From a virus (taxonomy: Duplodnaviria; Caudoviricetes), in IMG/VR virus record IMGVR_UViG_3300031555_003442, positions 96,001 to 160,000 of that record: a DNA stretch of 64,000 bases. The stretch is one strand, 5' to 3'. Made by a program: the position numbers and the translations under genes. The number at the start of each line of letters is the position of its first letter. The stretch's first letter is position 1. Of the stretch, positions 45,846-55,269 are shown one piece after another. Under the pieces are notes generated by a model that had not been told where the DNA came from, searched no databases, and was given only the letters and a program-made list of their open reading frames with translations.

Positions 45846-48701
45846 ATGAGCGAATATACCAAGGAAGAATTGCAAGAAATCGAAAAGGAACTCGCAGATT
45901 TTAAGCGTATGGCTTCGGAGAGGACTTCCCCTGTCGCCATATTCATGCCGATTATAACGGGTTTCGATTGGGTCCCTGCACGTCACGGTGAAACACAAAC
46001 CATCGTGCTTGCGTCAAACTATGAAGACAAAATCGACAACGGATGCGTGATATACAATCCAGCATTCATTCATCAGCTGGCAAAAGACCGAGATTATGCG
46101 ACATTCTTTGCCATAATCGCTACGATGGGTCTTGGCATCGAGTGCGGATATTATGACTACCGTCATGGCGAGGGCGAGGCACATACTAAGGCCGTGCAGA
46201 TGATGATGGCCCATTCCAACATCTTTAAGCGAATAATGGGCAACAACCAAATCCTCAACGAACGACTTGCCGCATTGCAGGCGTTGTATGAGAATGAAGC
46301 TGTCCTGCAAGGCGTCGAAAAGGTTTGTGAAAGCCTCGATAAAGAATTTGAAGATGACGACTGGAACTTGGAAACCCTCAGAAACTACATCCGTATGTTC
46401 CAACAGTACGTCTCTCAGCAGCTCCCGCCAGCATTTTCTGGCTCTCTCCCGCAGCAAGATGACCCTCAGCAACAGGGACAGCAAGGTCAGCAGGGACAGC
46501 AAGGCCAGCAAGGACAACAACAGCAGGGACAACAGGGTGATAACGGACAATCCCAATCAAGCCCGTGGGGTGCAGTTGTTCAAGACCAGCCGCAGTCACA
46601 GCAAAATCAACAGCAGGATGGCCAACAGGACGGTCAGCAGGGCCGGCAAGGTCAGCAAGGACGGCCTGGTCAGCAGGGACGCCAGTCTCAACAGAATCAA
46701 CAGCAGGATGGCCAACAGGACGGTCAGCAGGGCCGGCAAGGTCAGCAAGGACGGCCTGGTCAGCAGGGACGCCAGTCTCAACAGAATCAACAGCAGAATG
46801 GCGGTCAACAGGGCGGTGAGCAGAAGAGTGCCCAAGAGATTTCAAAGAATGTCATGAAGAGTGCCATGCAGGCTAACAAGGCTGCACAGAATTGTAGCAA
46901 GCAGTGTGGTCAAACTTCCGATGCAAAGCAGGCTGCCCAGGAAATGCAGCAGGCTTCCCGTTCGATGAACTCCGCCATGAAGCAGTACAAGCAAGCTGCT
47001 GAGGCAGGTGACCAGCAGGGCATGGAACAGGCCGCTCAACAGATGCAGCAGTCTGCCCAGGAAATGCAGGAAGCTTCCCAGCACATGAAACAGGCAATGG
47101 AACAGGCTGGTATGGACCCGTCTGATAGCAAGGATGTGCAATCAATGGAACAGGCTGCCGAAGATGCACAGCAGGCCGCACAGGATGCACAGAACGGTGC
47201 CCAGCAGGCTTCCAATGGTTCTGATGGTCAGGATGGTTCTGACGGTTCTGACGGTACTGGCGACAGCTGGGATGGTGACGGCGACGGTGATGGAAACGGC
47301 GGCACCGACGGAAGTGACGGAACTGAAATAGAAGGTTATGGCCCTATGTCGTTCGGCAAGGTTCCGATGCAGGGAAGCAACCGCAGCGCACAAGGAGGCG
47401 ATGTCGAAGGCGGCGAGTTTGGCGACGAAGGTGATGAGACTTACGATGGCGGTTCATCTAGCGGTCAGCCAGGTCAGCAATCCTCCAATGGTCAGAGTGG
47501 CTCTAATGGTTCACAGTCCAGTGGTACAGACGATTCTGGTGAAGGAAATTCACCCAGCAGTATAGACGGAAGCGACGACCAGCAAAATGGTGCAGGCTCT
47601 GGCGGTTCAGGTGGACTTGGCGGCAAGCACATCAATCTAATGGGATTGAATAACAACATAGCTCAGTTTGCCAACGACACGAGTACATTCTCACGGGTGC
47701 AATCAAGTTCTGTAATGGCTGGTTCAGGCGAAAGCAATTCCTTCATGAACAATTTGGAAAATGTTAAATCCGAGATAAACAGCAACATAGAGCTCAAGCA
47801 AAAGTGCGCTAATGCCGAGGAACAACGGCAGATGCAAGAGCTTAACTCTAAGATAAATGACCTAAATAACGATGCGAACTTGCATATCCGTAGCGATATG
47901 AAGTTGAAAATCGCAGCTGACCTACTCCGCAAGGCAAGGACCCCGAGACGCACGGCAAACATTGATGGCGAGATTAGGAACATGAATAATCCTACCCGAA
48001 GTCACTTTTCCACGGGAGGATTTAACACGTATGACGACTTCACACCATCGGTTCTTATTGCGATTGACGCATCACGCTCTATGTGGTGTAAACGAAGCAT
48101 ACTTCTCGGTGCAACAGGGCTTCTTGCAGATATTGCACAGAAATTGCGTGGTGCTAAGCTTAGGTATGCAATGTGGGATGACGCTTGTGATGTACCAAGG
48201 GTATTCAACCTTAACGTAGCTAAATCTCTCGCTAATGGTAGCGGAATTGCTGTACAACCAGTGGAAGCGGTTCTGCAAACATCGGTCGGTAGAGGCGGTA
48301 CTAACATATATAGCGTTGCTGACCGTTTGACACCGTTCGTGTATCCACCTGAGGTTGATGCTAATGGAATCCCGTTATCGAAAAAGGTACGTACTCGTAA
48401 GTACGCTCCTGAGGAGAAGAGAAAGTACAACCTTACGTTCGGTACGGATTATGACCTAATCATAATTTACAGCGACTTCTATTTCCCGTCCAATAACTCT
48501 ATCCCGAGCGACAAGGCAGAGATGCGTTATATGTTTGACCAGATTGACTTGAAGAAACTATGCTGCATCTGTTGTGACACCGATGGAGAACGCAAGACTC
48601 CAGAAACATTCAAGAAAAGTATTCTTGGCTGGTACTCCTACGAGACATGGAAAAAAGAGATTGAGGTATACGCCCTCGAAAAACTCTATGGAAATAAATA
48701 G
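45846..48701 (+). CDS. large DUF2201-like/VWA protein with Gln/Gly/Ser-rich linker
   Basis: IYNPAF N-domain; C-terminal IAIDASRSM, GRGGTN and IIYSD. Confidence 0.75.
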   Translation: MSEYTKEELQEIEKELADFKRMASERTSPVAIFMPIITGFDWVPARHGETQTIVLASNYEDKIDNGCVIYNPAFIHQLAKDRDYATFFAIIATMGLGIECGYYDYRHGEGEAHTKAVQMMMAHSNIFKRIMGNNQILNERLAALQALYENEAVLQGVEKVCESLDKEFEDDDWNLETLRNYIRMFQQYVSQQLPPAFSGSLPQQDDPQQQGQQGQQGQQGQQGQQQQGQQGDNGQSQSSPWGAVVQDQPQSQQNQQQDGQQDGQQGRQGQQGRPGQQGRQSQQNQQQDGQQDGQQGRQGQQGRPGQQGRQSQQNQQQNGGQQGGEQKSAQEISKNVMKSAMQANKAAQNCSKQCGQTSDAKQAAQEMQQASRSMNSAMKQYKQAAEAGDQQGMEQAAQQMQQSAQEMQEASQHMKQAMEQAGMDPSDSKDVQSMEQAAEDAQQAAQDAQNGAQQASNGSDGQDGSDGSDGTGDSWDGDGDGDGNGGTDGSDGTEIEGYGPMSFGKVPMQGSNRSAQGGDVEGGEFGDEGDETYDGGSSSGQPGQQSSNGQSGSNGSQSSGTDDSGEGNSPSSIDGSDDQQNGAGSGGSGGLGGKHINLMGLNNNIAQFANDTSTFSRVQSSSVMAGSGESNSFMNNLENVKSEINSNIELKQKCANAEEQRQMQELNSKINDLNNDANLHIRSDMKLKIAADLLRKARTPRRTANIDGEIRNMNNPTRSHFSTGGFNTYDDFTPSVLIAIDASRSMWCKRSILLGATGLLADIAQKLRGAKLRYAMWDDACDVPRVFNLNVAKSLANGSGIAVQPVEAVLQTSVGRGGTNIYSVADRLTPFVYPPEVDANGIPLSKKVRTRKYAPEEKRKYNLTFGTDYDLIIIYSDFYFPSNNSIPSDKAEMRYMFDQIDLKKLCCICCDTDGERKTPETFKKSILGWYSYETWKKEIEVYALEKLYGNK
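46605..46796 (+). repeat. exact 90-bp tandem repeat (about 2.1 copies) within a CDS
   Basis: Units start at 46605, 46695 and 46785 (partial). Confidence 0.9.
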
Positions 48702-48720
48702 CCCATAGCCAATTATGAAA

Positions 48721-48753
48721 ATAAAGCCCGTCCTTGATAAGGATGGGCTTTAT
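48721..48753. terminator. bidirectional intrinsic terminator
   Basis: ATAAAGCCCGTCCTT-gat-AAGGATGGGCTTTAT. Confidence 0.8.
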
Positions 48754-48754
48754 T

Positions 48755-50176
48755 CTAGGCTTCGGCCTTCTGTAATCGAATCCGTTTTGCGAACTGGTTT
48801 CTCGTAAGGACGATTGCCTTTTCACGGGGTGTTTTCTTCAAGTGCAACTTATGCGACATTGCCAGCATTTCTCCGAGAAGCTCCGACGGCTTTACGCCGA
48901 GCTTCATGAAGTCGTCGGCTGTCGCCTCTGGCTGCTTCATGAGTTCACGGTAGTTGTGGAGTCTGTCTGCGAGAACTTCCTCGTAATGTGTGTATTCGAT
49001 TTGCACGCCACGGCCAAAGTGGTCGCAACGGGCCAGCAACATCAGGTCTTCCGCATGTTTCGTCTGGTCGAACATGTGGTTGAAAGCGTAGTCCGTAGCG
49101 TCGTTGCCCACATACATGTTCGGTTGCATGTGCAGGACGGTCAGGTTCTGAACATACGAGCGAATCGAGTTCGGCATCCTGAGACGGTCCATGAACGTGT
49201 CGATGAGGGGTTTCGCCGCCTGGTCGTGACCGTATGAAACGAGACGCTGCTTAACCTTGTGGAAGAACGTGGTCTTCGCCTTCCCGAAGTCATGGCAGAG
49301 AGCGGCCAGCATGAATCCGTAGGGGTTATCCGCACGGTCTCTAACCTTTGCCGCCTCGTCGAGTACGAGCATGGTGTGTTCGAACACGTTTCCTTCTGGA
49401 TGGAACTCGGGGCACTGCTGAGTCTCGATTAACGCAGTCAGTTCGGGAAACCAGTAACCGAGTGCGTCCATTTCGAGCAGCTTCCTGAAGAAGATGGACG
49501 GCCTGTCGGCTTTCATCAGGGCCTTGTGCATTTCCGATTCGACCCGTTCACCCGACAGGGCTTCAAGCTTTCCCGAAATTGAACGGGACAGTTCAATTGT
49601 CTCTGGGGCGATGCCGAAATTGAATCTGGCTGCGAACTGTGCTGCTCGGAACACTCTGAGGGCATCCTCTACATAGGTCTCGTCGCAAACGTGACGGATG
49701 GTCTTGCTTGCGATGTCGTCGCAACCCTTGTGGCAATCCACGACTTCATCGGCCTCCACATCGTACATGAGGGAGTTGATGGTGAAGTCCCTGCGACGGC
49801 TTGCCTCGTCGACACCCATGAACGGGTCTACGGACACGGCGAAGTCGGTGTGCTTGCAACCGATGCAGTGTTCCTTGCGAGGCATTGCGATGTCAAAGTC
49901 GTAACCCTTGATTCCGTACACGCCGAAAGAGGAGCCCTTCTTCAATGCGGGGCTTCCGCTAACCTCGAAAAGGATTTTCTCGATTGTGGATGCATCGAGA
50001 CCGTGAATCTCGAAGTCGATATCCTTGTTGTCCTTCCCGATGATTGCATCACGGACAAAACCGCCGACGACATACGCCTTTCCGCCAGCAGACGAAACCG
50101 CATGAACGAGTTTCATCATGCAGGACACGTTTCTGTCGTCCTTGTTCTTGTCAAAGTATTTCTTTATTTCAGTCAT
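48755..50176 (-). CDS. cca: class II CCA tRNA nucleotidyltransferase with HD domain
   Basis: VGGFVRD, DIDFE, RRDFTINS, EDALRVFR, ERV, HPEGNVFEH and CHDFGK. Confidence 0.93.
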   Translation of the reverse strand: MTEIKKYFDKNKDDRNVSCMMKLVHAVSSAGGKAYVVGGFVRDAIIGKDNKDIDFEIHGLDASTIEKILFEVSGSPALKKGSSFGVYGIKGYDFDIAMPRKEHCIGCKHTDFAVSVDPFMGVDEASRRRDFTINSLMYDVEADEVVDCHKGCDDIASKTIRHVCDETYVEDALRVFRAAQFAARFNFGIAPETIELSRSISGKLEALSGERVESEMHKALMKADRPSIFFRKLLEMDALGYWFPELTALIETQQCPEFHPEGNVFEHTMLVLDEAAKVRDRADNPYGFMLAALCHDFGKAKTTFFHKVKQRLVSYGHDQAAKPLIDTFMDRLRMPNSIRSYVQNLTVLHMQPNMYVGNDATDYAFNHMFDQTKHAEDLMLLARCDHFGRGVQIEYTHYEEVLADRLHNYRELMKQPEATADDFMKLGVKPSELLGEMLAMSHKLHLKKTPREKAIVLTRNQFAKRIRLQKAEA

Positions 50177-50885
50177 TCGGTTCCTCCGATGTACCGATTT
50201 CTTTTCCGAGATACTGAGCCACTATCTTGTCTCCATCCATATTATCCGACTGGTCCATAAGGCACTGTACTCCAAGTTCGTGCAGGTGCATTTCGGCATA
50301 TGAGTTGACCTCCGCCTTGGCCTTCACTACGATGTTGCCCATTTCCTCCATGAAACGTGTTCTGAGGAAGTTCAGGTTGGCTACGCTGTTGGTGCGGAAG
50401 CACTTCATGTTGTCCAGCATTTCCTTCATCTGCGTCTTTGACATGGGCTTTCCGCTTGCGATGGCATCAGTCAGTTCTTTCTCGAAACGCTTGATGCCGT
50501 TGGAAAACTCGTCGAAATGCTCGTTCGTAGACTGGAGATACTTGTCAGCCGTTGTATCTTCTTCTGGGCGAGACATAATCTTGCCGTCAACCTTTGTAAT
50601 TGTGCAAGGAACACCTTCCGCCTGTCCACCGCAAGTCAGGAATTCTGCCCACTGCAACGGGGTCATTTCCAGTTCGATGTACGGCTGATTGTCCGTAAGG
50701 ATGCTAGTGTCGGATTCGTCCCCTCCGTGGCAAATTACTTTTGCCCTGTCAATGCGGATGCATACGGGGTGGCTTGTCTTGATGGCGGAACCGAACATCG
50801 GTTGGGGAGCACCGAAATACGGACGGCTCCAAGAGATGGTTCCCATGTAATCCTTGCTAGGCAATTCGTCAAATGTTCTACTCAT
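50169..50885 (-). CDS. conserved phage hypothetical protein
   Basis: MFGS...IELEMTPLQWAEF..GVPCTI. Confidence 0.75.
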   Translation of the reverse strand: MSRTFDELPSKDYMGTISWSRPYFGAPQPMFGSAIKTSHPVCIRIDRAKVICHGGDESDTSILTDNQPYIELEMTPLQWAEFLTCGGQAEGVPCTITKVDGKIMSRPEEDTTADKYLQSTNEHFDEFSNGIKRFEKELTDAIASGKPMSKTQMKEMLDNMKCFRTNSVANLNFLRTRFMEEMGNIVVKAKAEVNSYAEMHLHELGVQCLMDQSDNMDGDKIVAQYLGKEIGTSEEPND

Positions 50886-50911
50886 GATTATATCCTTATG
50901 TTGATATCATA

Positions 50912-50940
50912 AATATAACTAATTAAAAACGACTTGTCAA
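50912..50940 (-). promoter_or_regulatory. sigma70-type (early) promoter
   Basis: TTGACA-N17-TATATT. Confidence 0.75.
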
Positions 50941-50961
50941 GGGGATTTTGGTAAAAATACG

Positions 50962-50984
50962 AAAAAAGTCCCCGAAGGGACTTT
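50962..50984 (-). terminator. intrinsic terminator
   Basis: On the minus strand GTCCC-TTCG-GGGAC followed by TTTTTT. Confidence 0.8.
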
Positions 50985-51013
50985 AATGTTAATTCATTTT
51001 GATTTGGATAGAC

Positions 51014-52690
51014 TTAGGACTTGTCGTCGTGGGTTACCACTTCAAAGTCATCATCGTCGAGTCCGTCCAGCTCGTCCAGCTCGTCCTCGGTAAAGATATC
51101 ACCGTCAGCAGTTATTCCACCAAGAGCAATTTGCAGCTTGTTGAAAGCGTTGCTTACATCCTCGTCAGTGACTTTTCCTTTTTTGTCGAGTTTGGGAGCG
51201 ATTCGGTCGGTACGGTTTTTCAGGTCGTCCATCATCGTCTTGTAGTAAGTCGAAGTTAAGGCAGACGGGTCCTTGGTATTGGCCAACTTGTTGAAGTATG
51301 TGTTTCTATTAACCTCGAATTCCAAATCATCCAGATTCTCGCCACCCATGGTTTCGTTAGCTTCATTCCATGCATCTGTATCAAGCTTGCATGCGGTTGA
51401 CGCAGCCTGCCAATCTTCGATTGCACGGAAGATGATGTTCGGAAGGTCTGATGCCTTTACGCCAACGATGTCATATTCTCCATCCTTTTGAGGAGAGTAT
51501 CCACGTCCACGTATTGTAAGGTTGTAGCTGAGAACTTCCTTCATTTGCGTGATGTCTTGGTACAACGGGTGGGAATCTGGCAGACCCAATCCAGCGACAT
51601 GTATGTCGCATACGAGAGTGTCGAGAGGTCCAACTTCCTCCTCGTAATCGACATTGGGAACGACAATAAGAATTTTACGGCCAGTTTCCTGGTGAACGCA
51701 TACGAGAGCTTCAGATACCTCGTCGTATGTAACCTGGAATATGGGTTTCTTCTTTTTTGTCATTTTTTCGCCGAGCTTGACATCGAGGAATGCTGCCAGA
51801 GCCTTGAGCATTTCCTCGTAAGTATGGTTCGTCTGGGCGTCTTGGAATGTATTACGGTCTCGGAAATCTTCATCCAGCAGGGCGCCCATCTTGTCCAATC
51901 TAGCATCAAGCATCTGGCACAGTTCGTCGATAGACTTGGTCTGTGCCTCGCCCTTTGTGAACAGAGTATATTTCGTCCTGTTGCTGGTGTATTGCGTGGA
52001 GCAAATCTTTTCTTTGAGCTTCTGGCATAATTTATCAACGCCGTCCGTTGAAAGAAGAGATTCACCCATAACATTTGATATAATGTGTTCATCGACTGAG
52101 CTACGCTGTCTCAGTCTACCTGAGAGGTCATTGAGCAAATCTTCTAAATCTGTGTTTTTGGCCTCTTCTGTGCTGAACACTGGATATGAATGTCCAGCGA
52201 GCGTGCAGGTCTGTTCGCAAATCGTTTCTTTGAGCTTTTCGTCAAGGGGTTCGTCATCCAACAGGGTATTGATTGCGTCTCGCCTGTCTTCATCGGTTTC
52301 GCACCAGGAGAGGTCATCCTCGAAATACTTGAATGCAATGTTATAAAGGGTGTCCTCATCGGCGTCGAGCAACTGTCTAAGTTCAACCTCTGCCTTAGCC
52401 CATACTTGCCTAGCGGCAGACAATTCCTGTGGGGTATAATCGAGGTAAGATGAATAGTACTTCTTGGCCACTGACATAATGTCATCCAGTGTTCCACCAA
52501 GCTTCATCAGGTCTTCCTTAGCAGCTTTCCATATTTTCGATACGCCGTAGTCGGATGCAGGGTTCCTCAAAGAGGACATGCCAAGGGTTTTGACATCTGT
52601 TACGCCACGTCTTTTGGCGATATCTTTCACCCTATCCTTGGAGTACGGGAGGGATGTACCGAATTCTTTGTTGAGGTCTTGATTTTCCAT
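51014..52690 (-). CDS. acidic hypothetical protein, putative late protein
   Basis: 558-aa ORF with late box 28 nt upstream. Confidence 0.7.
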   Translation of the reverse strand: MENQDLNKEFGTSLPYSKDRVKDIAKRRGVTDVKTLGMSSLRNPASDYGVSKIWKAAKEDLMKLGGTLDDIMSVAKKYYSSYLDYTPQELSAARQVWAKAEVELRQLLDADEDTLYNIAFKYFEDDLSWCETDEDRRDAINTLLDDEPLDEKLKETICEQTCTLAGHSYPVFSTEEAKNTDLEDLLNDLSGRLRQRSSVDEHIISNVMGESLLSTDGVDKLCQKLKEKICSTQYTSNRTKYTLFTKGEAQTKSIDELCQMLDARLDKMGALLDEDFRDRNTFQDAQTNHTYEEMLKALAAFLDVKLGEKMTKKKKPIFQVTYDEVSEALVCVHQETGRKILIVVPNVDYEEEVGPLDTLVCDIHVAGLGLPDSHPLYQDITQMKEVLSYNLTIRGRGYSPQKDGEYDIVGVKASDLPNIIFRAIEDWQAASTACKLDTDAWNEANETMGGENLDDLEFEVNRNTYFNKLANTKDPSALTSTYYKTMMDDLKNRTDRIAPKLDKKGKVTDEDVSNAFNKLQIALGGITADGDIFTEDELDELDGLDDDDFEVVTHDDKS

Positions 52691-52717
52691 GGTTAAACCT
52701 ATCCTTCTTTCACTTAT

Positions 52718-52725
52718 AGTTTATA
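52718..52725 (-). promoter_or_regulatory. putative late promoter box TATAAACT
   Basis: 28 nt upstream of ATG 52690. Confidence 0.7.
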
Positions 52726-53566
52726 ACTGCTCGGTGGGTTCGGTCTTGGGTTCGTCGCCCATATCGTTGAACAGGTCGTCGCTTGGCGGTGACGGCCTCC
52801 TTGGGTCCAGCTTCTCGATATCATACATCTTTGCCCATAGCTTGTCGTCGTCGAGGTTGGAGTTCAATTTATCAGCCTGCTTCTTGTTTGCGAGCGTCTC
52901 GTACTTTGCGGCGAGCAGGTTCTGGTTGTTAACCGCCTTGATTGCGGTTATTACTTCTTCGCTGAAATGGTACTTGCTCGCATCACAGCAGCAAAGCCAG
53001 TATGTTTCCATCTCGTTTGCCTTCTTTTCGACAAATCCTTTAATCGGATTGAAGTCCTTCTGTAGATGGCGGCTCATTATACCCATGTGGAGATTTTGTG
53101 AAACAGCACCGAGAGCATCGCTGGATGTAGGATGTAAGTATCGGCCTTGGTTCACAAACCTGTGGATAGCGTGGTTCACCTCGTGAAGGAATATCGCCGC
53201 CTCCTTCACCGTAAGCTTCATGCGGATAGTCTTCTCGGAGACCTTAACCAATTCTTTCGGACGGAGATATACGGTTCCTGATGCCGATGGCGGCAATTCA
53301 ATCGATGGACTTCCTTGGGTGAACTCTCCCGTTCCGATACTGTGTGCTCCGCCAGCAAAGTCTGGAACATCTGGGCTGTTTATCGTTAGTTTCGGGGCGG
53401 CAAAAATATCCTTATCCTCCGAATACTGGACTAGGCGCATTAGGTTGGCCTCGATTGCCTTTCCAAGTTTTCCGCCTTCGTCAGGCGTGTCCACAAACAG
53501 TCTGGACATCTTTTCGCTAGGAACCACGATTTTTTTCTTAACTGGAACTGCTATCCATTCTTCCAT
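52721..53566 (-). CDS. putative zincin metallopeptidase (HExxH)
   Basis: AAIFLHEVNHAIH with downstream ANEMET. Confidence 0.55.
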   Translation of the reverse strand: MEEWIAVPVKKKIVVPSEKMSRLFVDTPDEGGKLGKAIEANLMRLVQYSEDKDIFAAPKLTINSPDVPDFAGGAHSIGTGEFTQGSPSIELPPSASGTVYLRPKELVKVSEKTIRMKLTVKEAAIFLHEVNHAIHRFVNQGRYLHPTSSDALGAVSQNLHMGIMSRHLQKDFNPIKGFVEKKANEMETYWLCCCDASKYHFSEEVITAIKAVNNQNLLAAKYETLANKKQADKLNSNLDDDKLWAKMYDIEKLDPRRPSPPSDDLFNDMGDEPKTEPTEQL

Positions 53567-53593
53567 ATTTAAACCCTTAGTTTAATCAACTCT

Positions 53594-53601
53594 AGTTTAT
53601 A
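53594..53601 (-). promoter_or_regulatory. putative late promoter box TATAAACT
   Basis: 28 nt upstream of ATG 53566. Confidence 0.7.
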
Positions 53602-54295
53602 ACCCTATGCGTGGGGGTTCGATGAAAGAATCAATATCTCGTTCAAATATGTAAGAAAGCCTGTCTTTTATCAACGAGTACCTACCTATCGCCATCTGCA
53701 TGTAGGTTTCCTTCTGCAACAGCACGTTTACCGGCTGCTCGTGCAGGAAACGGCTTATGGTGAACCGTAGGCCGTGCTGCTGGAAGTTGCCGAGTTCAGT
53801 CAGCCCAGTTCCCGTCCTGATGTAATTCTCCTTTATCGCCAGCTTCTTCGGAGTCCATCCCAGTGATTCGAGATAGTTCATTATGTCCAGCTTTCGGACA
53901 AGGGCTATGTCGCACTGGATGATGTCTGACGGGGTCTGGATATCTGGACGGGCCGCCTGAGGGAGCCATACGAACGAGAACAGGTCGTTCGTATGCTGCG
54001 GGTCGATTAGCCACCCAAGACGGTGCTGCTGGTGGTAATGGTTGTCCATGTATCCGATTTCCAGCGAGAATGTCGATAGGGGCTTACCGATGTACTTCAC
54101 TGCGGCCTTCTCGTCGCAGGTCAGGTCCATTCCGTTTATGTGGACTACGAGGTCACTTCCCGCCTGTTGCTGGTCGGCGTCTGTGACACGGGTTATGTAT
54201 CTCATGTGGGTGGTCTGCGGGTAAGCGACTGTGTCGAGATAATCGTTTACCACTTCGGCCAATCTGGTGTCTTCTTTCCTTGTACTCTGTGGCAT
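53597..54295 (-). CDS. restriction-endonuclease-fold (PD-(D/E)XK-like) protein
   Basis: QQAGSD...DEKAA...TFSLE pattern. Confidence 0.55.
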   Translation of the reverse strand: MPQSTRKEDTRLAEVVNDYLDTVAYPQTTHMRYITRVTDADQQQAGSDLVVHINGMDLTCDEKAAVKYIGKPLSTFSLEIGYMDNHYHQQHRLGWLIDPQHTNDLFSFVWLPQAARPDIQTPSDIIQCDIALVRKLDIMNYLESLGWTPKKLAIKENYIRTGTGLTELGNFQQHGLRFTISRFLHEQPVNVLLQKETYMQMAIGRYSLIKDRLSYIFERDIDSFIEPPRIGL

Positions 54296-54310
54296 CTATA
54301 CCTTTACGAC

Positions 54311-54604
54311 CTAGTCGTGGTAACGGGTGTAGTCTGAAACGGTGATGATGTAGGAACCGTGCGGGTAATCCCCGTTGCTTTCCCTCGATGTCACGCAATC
54401 GGACGGGAAATGCGACTTCACCACGTTGAGCACTTCGTGTATCACGGTGTCCCTCGGAGCGGTGCGTCGTCCAGGTGCAGGGTTGATAACAAGCTTGAAC
54501 GAGTTCCCGCTTTCGGGAAATTCGATGAAACCGTTGTATCCGTAGTGGCCGGTCTTGTCGGTAAGGTCGTCAATAAACTTGGAAATGATTTCGTCACGCT
54601 TCAT
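54311..54604 (-). CDS. hypothetical protein
   Basis: GAGG RBS after promoter. Confidence 0.65.
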   Translation of the reverse strand: MKRDEIISKFIDDLTDKTGHYGYNGFIEFPESGNSFKLVINPAPGRRTAPRDTVIHEVLNVVKSHFPSDCVTSRESNGDYPHGSYIITVSDYTRYHD

Positions 54605-54633
54605 TGTGATACCTCTCGGGTTATTTTTATTGA

Positions 54634-54662
54634 AAGATAGATAACGGGAGCAAGTATGTCAA
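54634..54662 (-). promoter_or_regulatory. sigma70-type (early) promoter
   Basis: TTGACA-N17-TATCTT. Confidence 0.65.
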
Positions 54663-54686
54663 GTAGAAAAAATACTTAGCGAAGCC

Positions 54687-54715
54687 TTGCCAAATCCCAT
54701 AAATTGTTTTATATT
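54687..54715 (+). promoter_or_regulatory. sigma70-type (early) promoter
   Basis: TTGCCA-N17-TATATT. Confidence 0.7.
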
Positions 54716-54737
54716 TCTAATTATATGAGGAAATTTT

Positions 54738-54851
54738 ATGAATCAGAACCAGATTGAAAACAGCAGTGAACAGAAAGATGACTTTCCTTGGATGGAAGTC
54801 ACCGTAGCATTGGTAATAATCGCCGTCCTTCTCGTTCTTGCGTGGACCTAA
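54738..54851 (+). CDS. 37-aa membrane peptide, not in ORF track
   Basis: GAGG RBS; MNQNQIENSSEQKDDFPWMEVTVALVIIAVLLVLAWT*. Confidence 0.6.
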   Translation: MNQNQIENSSEQKDDFPWMEVTVALVIIAVLLVLAWT

Positions 54852-54852
54852 T

Positions 54853-55266
54853 ATGAGTACCAAGATAAATACATTCGAACAGCTAGACAAGGCCCTTTCT
54901 GATAACGGCATCGTCCCTATTAAGAAGGGTCAATTCGACGATGAAGACCGTTGTTGCACTGACGTGTCGTATGAATACCATTTGGCGACTGACGGGAGGC
55001 AGGAAGTTCCCTTAATCACGGTGGAATACTGCGTCTCTGGCAAAGGTGATATCTTCATGATATTGAGCGCCGAGATGTTCGACGTAACGCTTGACGAAGA
55101 CGGTTCCATCATTGGACGGGCTGATGAGGGAATGTGCTTGTTGGATGAAATCAACAAGGCCTGTCATCTTCCCCGTTGCATGTCGAAGACTTTCAACGCC
55201 TCCTACCAGAATGACGAGGTAGAGGCAAAACTTGCAGAAATTATCGAAACAAAACTAAAGAGGTAA
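54853..55266 (+). CDS. hypothetical protein
   Basis: Operon spacing. Confidence 0.65.
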   Translation: MSTKINTFEQLDKALSDNGIVPIKKGQFDDEDRCCTDVSYEYHLATDGRQEVPLITVEYCVSGKGDIFMILSAEMFDVTLDEDGSIIGRADEGMCLLDEINKACHLPRCMSKTFNASYQNDEVEAKLAEIIETKLKR

Positions 55267-55269
55267 ACC

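Noticed and set aside
46605-46796. Direct repeats as a possible CRISPR array
   Set aside because: Tandem in-frame coding repeats with no spacers; no array seen anywhere in the window, including near the TnpB-like gene
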